Positions 9,524 to 19,262 are shown, counted from the stretch's first letter. The stretch: DNA of 64,000 bases from an uncultured Bacilli bacterium (GCA_934130045.1 CAKOXI010000004.1:32-64031), one strand, 5' to 3'. Translations and numbers: made by a program. Notes: generated by a model from the letters alone, not told the origin.

Positions 9524-10162
9524 TTGAAAAAAATAATAATTGAAATAGTAATGATAATTTTAGTTTTAGTTACTATTATTGGTTTATTTTATATATTTAA
9601 TGGTTCAAATAATTCAGAAAATAAATTTAATGATAATAAACAAAATGATATAGATAACAATATAAATTTGGATGGTAAAAAAATTCTTGTGGTATATTAT
9701 TCGGCCCAAAATCATACTGAAAATATTGCTAAAAAAATCGCAAGTAAATTAAATGCAGATATTTTTGAAATAGAACCTGAAAATGTTTATACTTCTAGTG
9801 ATTTAAATTGGTCAGATAGTAATTCAAGGGTATCAAGAGAACATAATGATGAATCTTTAAGAAATGTTTCCTTAAAGACGACAAAAGTAGATGATTGGGA
9901 TAGTTATGATATAGTATTAATCGGTTATCCAATTTGGTGGGGAATAGCTGCTTGGCCCGTAAATACATTTGTTCAAAATAACGACTTTACTGGAAAAACT
10001 GTTATACCTTTTTGTACATCTGCTTCCTCTGGTATTGGGGAAAGTGGTGAATTATTAAAACGTGATGCCTTAGGTGGTGATTGGAAATCAGGCTATAGAT
10101 TTTCTTCAAATGCAACTGATAATGATATTGAAATATTTATAGATAGTATAAGTGAAAATTAA
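9524..10162 (+). CDS. flavodoxin-family protein with N-terminal membrane anchor
   Basis: TTG start after AGGAGG. A TM helix is followed by a flavodoxin-like core (ILVVYYSAQNHTENIAKKIA, GYPIWWG). Confidence 0.7.
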   Translation: MKKIIIEIVMIILVLVTIIGLFYIFNGSNNSENKFNDNKQNDIDNNINLDGKKILVVYYSAQNHTENIAKKIASKLNADIFEIEPENVYTSSDLNWSDSNSRVSREHNDESLRNVSLKTTKVDDWDSYDIVLIGYPIWWGIAAWPVNTFVQNNDFTGKTVIPFCTSASSGIGESGELLKRDALGGDWKSGYRFSSNATDNDIEIFIDSISEN

Positions 10163-10173
10163 TTTTAAAATGT

Positions 10174-10204
10174 AAAGCAAATTATAATTGATTTGCTTTT
10201 TTTA
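10174..10204 (+). terminator. rho-independent terminator
   Basis: AAAGCAAAT-tataattg-ATTTGCTTT hairpin plus T-run, 12 nt after the stop. Confidence 0.75.
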
Positions 10205-10339
10205 TGATATAATTTTAAGTAGTAATTAGAAGAAAAATATAAATAGTAACAATTATAAATAATTTAAACTAGAATAAAAAATATTAAATATAATTGAAAT
10301 GAAGAAATTATGATAGTGTATGAAAGGAAATGATTTAAA

Positions 10340-11254
10340 ATGAGAATATTAATTATTGGAGCTGGTGTACTAGGATCAAATCTAGCACATTCTATAAAAA
10401 AAGGTAATGATGTAACTATTTTAGCAAGAAATAAAGCCCATGAGAATTTAAAAAATAATGGACTTATTATAAAACATAAATTAGGAAAGAAAACAGTAGA
10501 TTATTTTAATGTAATAGAAAAGTTAGATGAGAATGATATTTATGATGTAATATTTATAGTTTCAAGATTTTCATCTTTAGATAGTATTGTTCCAATTATA
10601 GAAAATAATAAAAGCAAAAACATAGTATTTGTAGGTAATAATATGTCAGTAGAAAAATATATGAATATAAAAAATAAAAATGTATTATTCGCATTCTTTA
10701 TGGCTGCTGGCAAAAAGTGTGATGGGTATATAAATTCAATTTGTTTAAATAAAATTCAAATTGGAAGAGTGGATGGTAAAGACATAAGTAATGAATTTAT
10801 AAAATCTATATTTAAAGATACAAAAATAAAAGTAATTATAGAAAATAAGATGAATGATTATCTTAAAACACATGCATGTGCGGTTCTTCCACTTGTATTT
10901 GCAAGTTATAAAGTAAATGGTAATTTAAAGTTACTAAAAAAAGATAAGAAATATTCTCTACTAATTATGGATGCGATTATTGAAGGATATGATGTTTTAA
11001 AAAAACTAGGATATGAAATACTTCCTAAAGGTGAATATGAAAATTGTGTTAATAAAAAGAATCTATGTGCATTTATTTATAGATTTATGTTTTCTAATTT
11101 TATAGGAAAAATGTGTATATCAGATCATGCTATGAGTGCAAGAGAAGAGTTTTTAGTTATGAATAATGAATTTGAAAAATTAAAGGAAAAATCAAAACTT
11201 GAAACTAAAGTATATGATGAGTTAAAATTGGAGTTATTAAATTACAAAGATTAA
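10340..11254 (+). CDS. ketopantoate reductase (ApbA/PanE) family NAD(P)-oxidoreductase
   Basis: N-terminal Rossmann motif MRILIIGAGVLGS. The length and C-terminal helical domain are consistent with the family. Confidence 0.6.
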   Translation: MRILIIGAGVLGSNLAHSIKKGNDVTILARNKAHENLKNNGLIIKHKLGKKTVDYFNVIEKLDENDIYDVIFIVSRFSSLDSIVPIIENNKSKNIVFVGNNMSVEKYMNIKNKNVLFAFFMAAGKKCDGYINSICLNKIQIGRVDGKDISNEFIKSIFKDTKIKVIIENKMNDYLKTHACAVLPLVFASYKVNGNLKLLKKDKKYSLLIMDAIIEGYDVLKKLGYEILPKGEYENCVNKKNLCAFIYRFMFSNFIGKMCISDHAMSAREEFLVMNNEFEKLKEKSKLETKVYDELKLELLNYKD

Positions 11255-11296
11255 TTGAAAAAATATTAGTAATTATTCAAAAATAATAATATTTAA

Positions 11297-11336
11297 TGTA
11301 AGATTTATCAAATAATAATCGTTAATATATATGAGA
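11297..11336 (+). promoter_or_regulatory. ECF-type promoter, copy 1
   Basis: TGTAAGATTT, then N13, then CGTTAATATATATGAG. The outer motifs and the 17-nt gap between TGTAAG and CGT are the same as at 11825-11864. Confidence 0.55.
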
Positions 11337-11384
11337 GCCAATTTAAGTGTACTTATATATTATTGGTTGTTAGGAGGTAGAATA

Positions 11385-11750
11385 GTGAAGAAATCGATAA
11401 TTGTAATATTTGTTGCTGCAATTATTTTAACTGGTTGTAACATTTCAAAAAATAATAATAAATCAAAAACAGCGGAAATTGTTGTTGAAATTAATGGTGG
11501 TATTCCATACGATTGGGTATATACAATAAGTAATGAGAGTATTGTTAAATACAAAGATATGGAAGAAAAAACTTCGGATACTTTGGGTGGAAGCTATGAA
11601 CAGCATTATATTTTTGAAGGTTTAAAGGAAGGGGCAACAACAATCGAATTTGAACTAAAAAGCATTGTTGATAATACAGTAGATCAAACAAAAAATTATG
11701 AAGTTGTGGTTGATAAAAATTTAAATGTAACCATTACTGAAGTAAAATAA
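11385..11750 (+). CDS. lipoprotein, possibly chagasin-like (I42) peptidase inhibitor
   Basis: Start revised to the GTG at 11385 (AGGAGG RBS); the ORF-track ATG lies inside the promoter repeat. Lipobox LTGC. GGIPYDW and LGGSYEQHYIFEGLKEGATTIEFEL resemble chagasin loops. Confidence 0.5.
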   Translation: MKKSIIVIFVAAIILTGCNISKNNNKSKTAEIVVEINGGIPYDWVYTISNESIVKYKDMEEKTSDTLGGSYEQHYIFEGLKEGATTIEFELKSIVDNTVDQTKNYEVVVDKNLNVTITEVK

Positions 11751-11764
11751 TATAAAAACGTTTT

Positions 11765-11789
11765 GCAGATTTTTAATAATCTGCTTTTT
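11765..11789 (+). terminator. rho-independent terminator
   Basis: GCAGAT-ttttaata-ATCTGC hairpin followed by TTTTT. Confidence 0.65.
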
Positions 11790-11824
11790 CTATGATAAAA
11801 TATTTTTAGAAAAATAAAAAAGTT

Positions 11825-11864
11825 TGTAAGATTTTGTATGTATATATCGTTAATATATATGAGT
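11825..11864 (+). promoter_or_regulatory. ECF-type promoter, copy 2 (putative autoregulated sigma promoter)
   Basis: Same TGTAAGATTT...CGTTAATATATATGAG architecture as copy 1. CGT lies 37 nt upstream of the sigma-factor ATG. Confidence 0.55.
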
Positions 11865-11884
11865 ACACTAGTTAGGAGGCTTTC

Positions 11885-12442
11885 ATGGAAGATTTGGATA
11901 TAGTAAATCTTATCTATAATAGGAATGATTTGGGATTAGATGAATTAAGAAAAAAATATAATGAATTATTATATAGTTTAGCATTTTCTATATTAAATAA
12001 TAATAGTGATTCAGATGAGTGTGTAAATGATACTTATTTGAAAGTATGGAAAACAATTCCACCATATAAACCAACTTATTTAAAATCATTTGTTTGTAAG
12101 ATAACAAGGCAAATTTCTATTGATAGATATAGAATTAATAACAGAATTTTGAAAAAAGAAATGTCTTTGAATGAACTTGATTATGATATTTCTAGTAGTT
12201 ATAGTTTAGATGATGAGTTTTATAAAAATGAGCTTGTTAATTTTATTAATTTATTTTTGGAAAATTTGGATATTGAAACGCAAATATTATTTATTAGAAG
12301 ATATTTCTTAAATGAATCAGTTAAATCTTTATCAAAAAGATTTGATATAACAGAAACTAATATAAGTGTTAAATTATCTAGAGTAAGAAATAAACTAAAA
12401 AAATATTTAGAATTGGAGGGGTATAAAATTGAAAAAAATTAA
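11885..12442 (+). CDS. RNA polymerase ECF-type sigma-70 family factor
   Basis: 185 aa. Region 2 (ECVNDTYLKVW) and region 4 HTH (ESVKSLSKRFDITETNISVKLSRVRNKL). AGGAGG RBS. Confidence 0.85.
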   Translation: MEDLDIVNLIYNRNDLGLDELRKKYNELLYSLAFSILNNNSDSDECVNDTYLKVWKTIPPYKPTYLKSFVCKITRQISIDRYRINNRILKKEMSLNELDYDISSSYSLDDEFYKNELVNFINLFLENLDIETQILFIRRYFLNESVKSLSKRFDITETNISVKLSRVRNKLKKYLELEGYKIEKN

Positions 12443-13013
12443 TTTATTAGATATTTTTGGATTAACTGATAACGCAATGATAAATCGAGCTATTGAAACA
12501 GATAACATAGAAAAATTAAAAGAATTAAAAATATTAGAAAAAAGAAAAAAACATTTAAGTATATTTAGATATGTATCAATGTTAGCGGGGGGGCTTGCCG
12601 TTTTGGTGATAGGAATAGTTTTACTTAATAACAATATTAATGATGAAAATGTTTTAATACCTAATCCTATGACTGAAGTAAAAGATATAACTGAACTAGA
12701 AAATTATATTAAATTAGATTTATCAAAATATGAAATAAAAGAAATAATGGAAATGTATAAATTTGAAAATGAAAGTTTAATACAAATTAAATATATTGAT
12801 GGCTCAACTTTAAGAATAAGTAAAGAAAATGGTGATAATAGTGGTATATATGGTTCAACATTAGATAAAACTGAAACAATAAATGGAATTAATGTAAGTA
12901 TATATAAATTTGATAATACTGTTTATGCTGTTTGGAATGATAATAATTATGCCTTTAGTTATATATTTAGTGATAATGAAAATACTACTCAAATATTATC
13001 TAAATTGGTATAA
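12429..13013 (+). CDS. putative anti-sigma factor (single-pass membrane protein, DUF4367-like ectodomain)
   Basis: TTG start after GGAGGGG, with a 14-nt overlap with the sigma gene. One TM helix (VSMLAGGLAVLVIGIVLL). The position is typical of anti-sigma partners. Confidence 0.55.
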   Translation: MKKINLLDIFGLTDNAMINRAIETDNIEKLKELKILEKRKKHLSIFRYVSMLAGGLAVLVIGIVLLNNNINDENVLIPNPMTEVKDITELENYIKLDLSKYEIKEIMEMYKFENESLIQIKYIDGSTLRISKENGDNSGIYGSTLDKTETINGINVSIYKFDNTVYAVWNDNNYAFSYIFSDNENTTQILSKLV

Positions 13014-13031
13014 GGAGAATTAAAAAGTATT

Positions 13032-14432
13032 ATGAATTACGTAAATAGAAGTTTATTAAGTATAAAAAAGAGAAAGAATCGTTCTTTAATATTATTTGTA
13101 GCTGTACTTTTAATTTGTAATGTTATGGCTGGCGCTATTTCTGTTAAAAATGCTTTACTAAATACAGAGAAATCTTTTACTGACCTAATTCCAGTAGAAG
13201 TAAATATTGTAGATGATTATTCTTATTTTTTAGAAGATAGTGATAATACTTTATCAGAAGAAGTAGTAAAAAAAATTGGTAGTTCACCTTATGTAAAAAA
13301 TTATTACTATTATTATAAATATTGGCTTGGAAGTAACAAGTTAGAAAACGGAAGTGAACTTCCTATAGTAGGTGCAGAACAAGATAATGAATTTCATCCA
13401 TTTAATTCTTTTGATATATTAGGCGCATATAAGAGAACAGTTAAAGAACAGGATGATGGTAGTATAAAAATTACATCAGGAAAAACATTTACTGATGAAG
13501 ATATTAAAAATGGTAACAATGTGATACTTGTATCAGAACAAGTGGCAAGTAAAAACAAATTAAATGTTGGTGATAAAATTAAACTTGGTAGTCAAATAGA
13601 TATTTATAGTGTTAATTCACAAGTTGTTGAAGAGGAATACGAAATTATAGGTATTTTTGAAACAAAAACTGAATATGAAAAAGATATAACTGGAAACCTT
13701 ATTGAAATAGAAAGTAACTATGTAGATACAATTTATATGCCAAATGACGCAATAAAAAATATTCATGATAAAGTAATTACTGAAGTAAAGAAACAAGAAG
13801 TTGATAGTTATGATGCATTTTCTATAATAACAAACTATGAACTAAATAGTATTGATGAAATGGAAGAATTTAAAAGTGAAAACTTACCTAATTTACCTAA
13901 AGGATATGTATTTGAAGATAATTCGGAAAGTATTAGTAGTGTTATTGTTCCAATGAATAATATGAAGGATTTATCTAATATAATTGTTTATGCTTCTATA
14001 GTAGCTTCGATAATAATTATAGGATTGATTTCAATATTATTTTGTAAAGAAAGAAAAAAGGAAATGGGAATTTATCTTGCTCTTGGTGAAAAGAAAATAA
14101 ACATTGCTTTGCAATTATTAATAGAAACATTACTAGTATCAGTAATAGCAATAACAATATCTATATTTACTGGTAATATGATTGCCAAAAATGTATCAAA
14201 TAAAATGCTTCAAAATAAAATAGTAGAACAAAATGCTAAAATAGAAAATCAATATAATTATAATTCCTACGATTTAATAGATTGTGAAGAAATAATGGAT
14301 AATTATACTGTTTCATTAAATATTGGTACAATTTTAATGATTTATGCAGTTGCAATTATAAGTATTTCTTTATCTACAGTAATTCCAATATATTATACAC
14401 TTAAATTAAATCCAAGAAAGATACTTATGTAG
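13032..14432 (+). CDS. ABC transporter permease, FtsX/MacB-like
   Basis: N-terminal TM helix, a large extracytoplasmic domain of about 280 aa, then three C-terminal TM helices. This is the MacB/FtsX topology. Confidence 0.8.
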   Translation: MNYVNRSLLSIKKRKNRSLILFVAVLLICNVMAGAISVKNALLNTEKSFTDLIPVEVNIVDDYSYFLEDSDNTLSEEVVKKIGSSPYVKNYYYYYKYWLGSNKLENGSELPIVGAEQDNEFHPFNSFDILGAYKRTVKEQDDGSIKITSGKTFTDEDIKNGNNVILVSEQVASKNKLNVGDKIKLGSQIDIYSVNSQVVEEEYEIIGIFETKTEYEKDITGNLIEIESNYVDTIYMPNDAIKNIHDKVITEVKKQEVDSYDAFSIITNYELNSIDEMEEFKSENLPNLPKGYVFEDNSESISSVIVPMNNMKDLSNIIVYASIVASIIIIGLISILFCKERKKEMGIYLALGEKKINIALQLLIETLLVSVIAITISIFTGNMIAKNVSNKMLQNKIVEQNAKIENQYNYNSYDLIDCEEIMDNYTVSLNIGTILMIYAVAIISISLSTVIPIYYTLKLNPRKILM

Positions 14433-14441
14433 GAGGAATTT

Positions 14442-15125
14442 ATGAATAATGATTATATATTAACTGCGGATAAAATATGTTATTCTTATCAAGATGGTGA
14501 TGTAATAAGACATATACTTAAAGATGTCTCATTTAATTTTGAAAGAGGTAAATTTTACACTATTCTTGGAGAAAGTGGTTCAGGAAAAACAACATTTTTA
14601 TCACTCCTATCAGCACTTGAAGAACCTATTAGTGGAGTCATTAAATATGAAAATAAAGATATAAGAAATATAGGATTAGAAAAATACAGAAGAAATAAAA
14701 TAGGAATTATATTTCAAAATTATAACTTAATAAACTATATGACTGCTTTAGAAAATGTATATGTTGCAATGGGAATAACAGATAACAATATACCGGGTAA
14801 CATGAAGGTAATTGCAAGAAATTTGCTTAAATTTGTTGGTATAGATAAAGTTAAGGCAAATAGGCCAGTTAATAAATTATCTGGTGGGGAGCAACAAAGA
14901 GTTGCAATAGCTAGAAGTTTATCAACCGATGTTGACTTATTGTTTGCTGATGAACCAACTGGAAATTTAAATCAGGAAATGTCGGAAGAAATAGTAAAAA
15001 TTTTTAAAACATTAGCTCATCAACATAATAAATGTATTATTATGGTAACCCATTCAAAGGAAATAGCGGATAAATCTGATGAAGTTTTAATTTTGGAGAA
15101 AGGATTATTAAAGAAAAATGAGTAG
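14442..15125 (+). CDS. ABC transporter ATP-binding protein (MacB/LolD-like)
   Basis: Walker A GESGSGKTT, signature LSGGEQQRV, Walker B LLFADEPTGNL, H-loop VTHS. Confidence 0.9.
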   Translation: MNNDYILTADKICYSYQDGDVIRHILKDVSFNFERGKFYTILGESGSGKTTFLSLLSALEEPISGVIKYENKDIRNIGLEKYRRNKIGIIFQNYNLINYMTALENVYVAMGITDNNIPGNMKVIARNLLKFVGIDKVKANRPVNKLSGGEQQRVAIARSLSTDVDLLFADEPTGNLNQEMSEEIVKIFKTLAHQHNKCIIMVTHSKEIADKSDEVLILEKGLLKKNE

Positions 15126-16347
15126 TTTTTTAGAAAAATTTAACGAAGAAACAGATCAAGGTAAAGGTATTATTACAGAAGAAAATGATATAGAAGAAGA
15201 TACTTTATATTTAGATAAGCAGAAAAAGAAAAAATTAATTATTATTATTTTTAGTGTTATTATGATTATTGTTATTGCTATAATTGTTATACTTTCAAGA
15301 TTAGTGAATGTACCTGATTTTCAAAATGGTTTGAGTACTATTGCAACAAAATGGGCAAATAATAATGATATTGAAATTAAGGAAGAACAAAAATATGATA
15401 GTAAAGTATCAGAAGGAATGGTAATATCACAATCTATAAAATCAGGAACTAAGATATTTAAAGGAAATCAAATTACCATTGTTGTAAGTATTGGTAAAGA
15501 TCCAAATGAAAAAATAAAAGTACCCGATTTAAAAACAATGACAGCATCAGAAATTAAGATATGGAAAGAAGAAAATGAACTTTCAAATGTTACAATTAAA
15601 GAAGAATACTCCTCTACTATAGAATTTGGAAATATTATAAGTTATGAATTTGATAATATAGCTACAAATGAAAATAATTTCACAAGAAGTGATAAATTAA
15701 CTATTGTTGTATCAAAGGGTGCGAAAACACTAACTATGGAAGACTTTTCATCTAAAACAAAAGAAGATGTAGTTAAATGGTGCTCTGAAAATAAAGTTAA
15801 TTGTACTATAACCGAGCAATTTGATCAAAATGTTGTTTCAGGTCGTGTTATATCTCAATCTATAGCTAAAGGTACTAAACTAGAAGAAAATACTCAGATA
15901 ACATTTACAATTTCCATTGGAGAAGGAGTTACAGTACCTAATTATTATAATGTTTCTAGTGAAGATGCTACCGAATTAAATAGCAAAATAAAAATTAAAA
16001 TTAAAAATGTTTATAATATGGATGTTGGTTATGGAAATTTAATATCACAATCAGTTAGGGCAGGAGAAGTAATAAAAATAGATGAAAATGAGGTAACCTT
16101 AGTATATTCATTGGGAGTTCCATATTTTACAAGTTTAATTGGAATAAGTGAAAGTGAAATTGCAAAAATATTTTATGAATATAATCAAAAGGGTGTAAAT
16201 TTTACATATTCAATCAAATATGTTGATTCAGAAGAAGAAAAAGGGAAGATTGTGTGGTCATCAAAGTCCAATGAGTTTGTATCTATGAAGGAACATATTG
16301 AAATTAGTGTTAGTAATGGCTCAAAACAAAATTCTAATGAAAACTAA
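15118..16347 (+). CDS. membrane-anchored protein with about five PASTA-like repeats (no kinase or PBP domain)
   Basis: 8-nt overlap with the ATPase gene. One TM helix, then repeats of about 65-70 aa of the type VPDxxxxxxxxxxxWxxxNxxxxxxxxxYSxxVxxGxVISQSxxxGTxxxxxxxITxxxSxG. Confidence 0.7.
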   Translation: MSSFLEKFNEETDQGKGIITEENDIEEDTLYLDKQKKKKLIIIIFSVIMIIVIAIIVILSRLVNVPDFQNGLSTIATKWANNNDIEIKEEQKYDSKVSEGMVISQSIKSGTKIFKGNQITIVVSIGKDPNEKIKVPDLKTMTASEIKIWKEENELSNVTIKEEYSSTIEFGNIISYEFDNIATNENNFTRSDKLTIVVSKGAKTLTMEDFSSKTKEDVVKWCSENKVNCTITEQFDQNVVSGRVISQSIAKGTKLEENTQITFTISIGEGVTVPNYYNVSSEDATELNSKIKIKIKNVYNMDVGYGNLISQSVRAGEVIKIDENEVTLVYSLGVPYFTSLIGISESEIAKIFYEYNQKGVNFTYSIKYVDSEEEKGKIVWSSKSNEFVSMKEHIEISVSNGSKQNSNEN

Positions 16348-16463
16348 TTAAGTGAAAGTATAAAATTATAAAAGAGCAGCTAATATTATGAAAAAAGTAT
16401 TAGAAATGTGTAAAAAATAAAATTTATCTTTTAATTATAAATATTATTGTGGAGGTAAAAAAT

Positions 16464-16961
16464 ATGATATTGTTACTAGAATGTATTGGTTTGTGTTTAA
16501 TTTTTTATATGCTGATTATAATATCATATAAAAAAAATCCCTTGTCAGGAGTTCATAATTTACCTATAGAAATACAAAAAAGAGTTCAAGAATTACCAGA
16601 GTATAATGATATAAAACCCAAAAGTATTTTATCTACAAGAAAAAGAATAATAAAAAAAATTCCAGCATTAATAGTGTTGCTAGTAATTTTTGCAATTCTT
16701 GTTTATTTAGCAGGAGCAAGAAATTTTATAGAAGGTTTTACATATTCTTTTATAATATGGTTTACTATAAAACTATTTGTAGTATTTGTAATAGATATTT
16801 TATGGTATTCTAATTCACCAAATTATTGGATAAAAGGTACAGAAGACTTGGAAAGTGAATATAAAAATTATAAATTTTATATAAGTAGTATACCAAGAAG
16901 TTTAATAGCGGGATTTATTGTATCAATAATTATTGGAATAATTATAAGTATAATTGGTTAA
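16464..16961 (+). CDS. integral membrane protein
   Basis: Start revised to the ATG at 16464 (GGAGG RBS). Four hydrophobic helices. Confidence 0.55.
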   Translation: MILLLECIGLCLIFYMLIIISYKKNPLSGVHNLPIEIQKRVQELPEYNDIKPKSILSTRKRIIKKIPALIVLLVIFAILVYLAGARNFIEGFTYSFIIWFTIKLFVVFVIDILWYSNSPNYWIKGTEDLESEYKNYKFYISSIPRSLIAGFIVSIIIGIIISIIG

Positions 16962-16985
16962 TTTAAAATTAAAATAAGCATAAAA

Positions 16986-17015
16986 AGTAGATAAATAAAA
17001 TTATTTACTTTTTTA
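16986..17015 (+). terminator. rho-independent terminator
   Basis: AGTAGATAA...TTATTTACT hairpin (one G-U pair) plus TTTTTT. Confidence 0.55.
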
Positions 17016-17059
17016 TGTTATAATTTAATAAACATATTTAATTAAGGTTGTGATGTTTA

Positions 17060-17713
17060 GTGAAAAAGAAACCATTATCAATTTTGTTAATTATTTTAAT
17101 ATTAATTATAATATTTATTGTTTATGAATTATATGTATTTAATTACATTGAACATAAAAAATATACAAATGATTATTTCAATATAAAAAGTTATGTAAGT
17201 AATGTTGATTTAGATGGTGATTTAATAGATGATCAAACAGATATTTTACAAAATGCGAGAAAATATATAGCAACTAATCCTAAATATAAAAGTAAATATT
17301 ATGACACAGGATATCCTAATGATGGGTATGGAGTTTGTACAGATGTTGTTGCATTTAGCCTTAAAGGTGCTGGATATGATTTAATGAATTTAGTCAATGA
17401 AGATATTAAAAATCATAGAGAGCTATATAATGTTGATATAATAGATAAAAATATAGATTTTAGAAGAGTTAAAAATTTAAAAATATATTTTGATAATAAT
17501 GCAAAACAATTAACAACTGATATACAAAAAATTGAAGATTGGCAGGGTGGAGATATTGTGATTTTTAAAAATCATATAGGAATAGTTTCTGATAAAAGAA
17601 ATAAAAAAGGAATACCATTTATAATACATCACGCAAGTAAATATCAAAAATATTATGAAGAAGATATTTTAGAGTATAGAAAAGATATTGTTGGTCATTA
17701 CCGAATAAGTTAA
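17060..17713 (+). CDS. DUF1287 family protein (membrane anchored)
   Basis: GTG start. A TM anchor is followed by YDTGYPNDGYGVCTDVV, FRRVKNL and GDIVIF, which are characteristic of DUF1287 as I recall it. Confidence 0.6.
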   Translation: MKKKPLSILLIILILIIIFIVYELYVFNYIEHKKYTNDYFNIKSYVSNVDLDGDLIDDQTDILQNARKYIATNPKYKSKYYDTGYPNDGYGVCTDVVAFSLKGAGYDLMNLVNEDIKNHRELYNVDIIDKNIDFRRVKNLKIYFDNNAKQLTTDIQKIEDWQGGDIVIFKNHIGIVSDKRNKKGIPFIIHHASKYQKYYEEDILEYRKDIVGHYRIS

Positions 17714-17743
17714 ATGTAGCGATACTTTTTAAGGAGAAAAAAA

Positions 17744-18073
17744 ATGAAAAAGAAAATTTTAACTATTTTAATATTTGGAGTTATTTTTTTAGGAATAACA
17801 GGTTGTGGCAAAGAAAAAATGACTGATATTTATGAATTAAATATTATTAATGATAAAATAATAGAATATTTTGAAAAAAATGGTTCAGTCAAATATGATA
17901 ATTATAGTTATAATTATGTTGATGAAGAAAATGGTTTCATAATAGTAGGACTGTTTGATAATAGTAAGGAACAACAAGAATGGTTTAAGAAAAATATAGT
18001 AAATTCAAAGTATATAAAGTTTGAACAAGCAAAACTTCTTATAAATAATGAGGTTGATGTAAGTGAAAAATAA
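17744..18073 (+). CDS. small lipoprotein
   Basis: AAGGAG RBS. Signal peptide with lipobox ITGC. Confidence 0.6.
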   Translation: MKKKILTILIFGVIFLGITGCGKEKMTDIYELNIINDKIIEYFEKNGSVKYDNYSYNYVDEENGFIIVGLFDNSKEQQEWFKKNIVNSKYIKFEQAKLLINNEVDVSEK

Positions 18074-18093
18074 ATAATATAGCGAGGTGTACA

Positions 18094-18303
18094 GTGAGTA
18101 AATATGATTCATTATGGAAATATATAAAAGAAAAACAAAAAGATAATTATGAATTAACATATGAAGAAATTTATAATATTTTAGGATTTGAAATAGATCA
18201 TTCATTTCTAACTTATAAAAAAGAACTGTTAGAATACGGATATGAAGTTAAAAAAATATCTATGAGAGAAAAGAAAATAGTTTTTAGTAAATATAATTTG
18301 TAG
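18094..18303 (+). CDS. small hypothetical protein
   Basis: 69 aa. GTG start after GAGGTG. Charged, soluble composition. Confidence 0.45.
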   Translation: MSKYDSLWKYIKEKQKDNYELTYEEIYNILGFEIDHSFLTYKKELLEYGYEVKKISMREKKIVFSKYNL

Positions 18304-18316
18304 AGGAAGTGCTGTA

Positions 18317-18652
18317 ATGAACGAATATATAAATTTAATTTTAGAAAATATTGATGATGAACATATATGGTGCGCAATAGATGATAAAAAACATCAAGCA
18401 GGAGTTGATAGAAAAAAAGAATGGATAAAAAGTAAGTTTAAAGATGGTCATGTGTTTAGAAAATTAAATACTAAAGACAAGATATTTATTGTTTGTGGGT
18501 AGCAGTAAGTTTTAAAGAAAAAAATTTGGAAAAGAATTATTAGAGAAAGCTAAAAATACTACGTATTCAACAATTGGGTAAATTTCTACAATGGTGAGTT
18601 TATATCTAATACCATATTAAATTCAAATTCACTTGAAAAATTAATTAAATAA
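18317..18652 (+). pseudogene. decayed GNAT/YoaP-like acetyltransferase gene
   Basis: The N-terminal 61 aa (ENIDDEHIWCAIDDKKHQAGVDRKKEWIKSKFKDGHVFRKLNTKDKIFI) match the start of YoaP-like acetyltransferases and then hit a stop. Out-of-frame pieces follow (FGKELLEKAKN, then FYNGEFISNTILNSNSLEKLIK). The total is far shorter than an intact gene. Confidence 0.6.
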
Positions 18653-18677
18653 AAAATAACTTTTGGAGGTAATTATT

Positions 18678-19262
18678 ATGAAGATAAAACAACAAAAACA
18701 AATAAAAACATTTTTAAATGAAGAATTTGGAATTGATAAAGGAATTGTATTATTTAATAAGCAAGAAGAAATACTTAATGAACTTATCAAAAATATAAAA
18801 GGAAAGTCAAAAAATCAGAGAAAAACTCTTATTCAAACAATTCTTCCTCGAATAGCATTATATAAAGTTTTGTTAAAAGATGATTTAAAAAATGAGAATG
18901 TATATCAATATATGAAAAAATATATGATTGATATAGTTGCAAAAGAAAAGCATTTGTCTATGAAAAAAATGGAAAAAGTTCCATGTTTCTACTCAATTTA
19001 TAGTAATATATTTCTTCGAGTTGTTCGCAAAAATGACCTATGGGAAAGTGAACAAAAATATGATAAGAATTCTTTTGATATAACAATGAAAAAATGTCTT
19101 TGGCACACTGCATGCATAGAAAATGATTGTAAAGATTTATGCCACCTTTTTTGTGATGTTGATAATGTTACATATGGAAATTTGAAAAAATTAGGTTTTT
19201 CACGAACTAAAACTCTAGGTTATGATGGAGATTGTTGTGATTTTCATTTTTATAAAAAATAA
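18678..19262 (+). CDS. L-2-amino-thiazoline-4-carboxylic acid hydrolase-like protein (ATC_hydrolase family)
   Basis: Start revised to the ATG at 18678 (GGAGG RBS). The C-terminal cysteine-rich signature CLWHTAC...LCHLFCDVDN...SRTKTLGYDGDCCDFHF is typical of the family. Confidence 0.65.
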   Translation: MKIKQQKQIKTFLNEEFGIDKGIVLFNKQEEILNELIKNIKGKSKNQRKTLIQTILPRIALYKVLLKDDLKNENVYQYMKKYMIDIVAKEKHLSMKKMEKVPCFYSIYSNIFLRVVRKNDLWESEQKYDKNSFDITMKKCLWHTACIENDCKDLCHLFCDVDNVTYGNLKKLGFSRTKTLGYDGDCCDFHFYKK

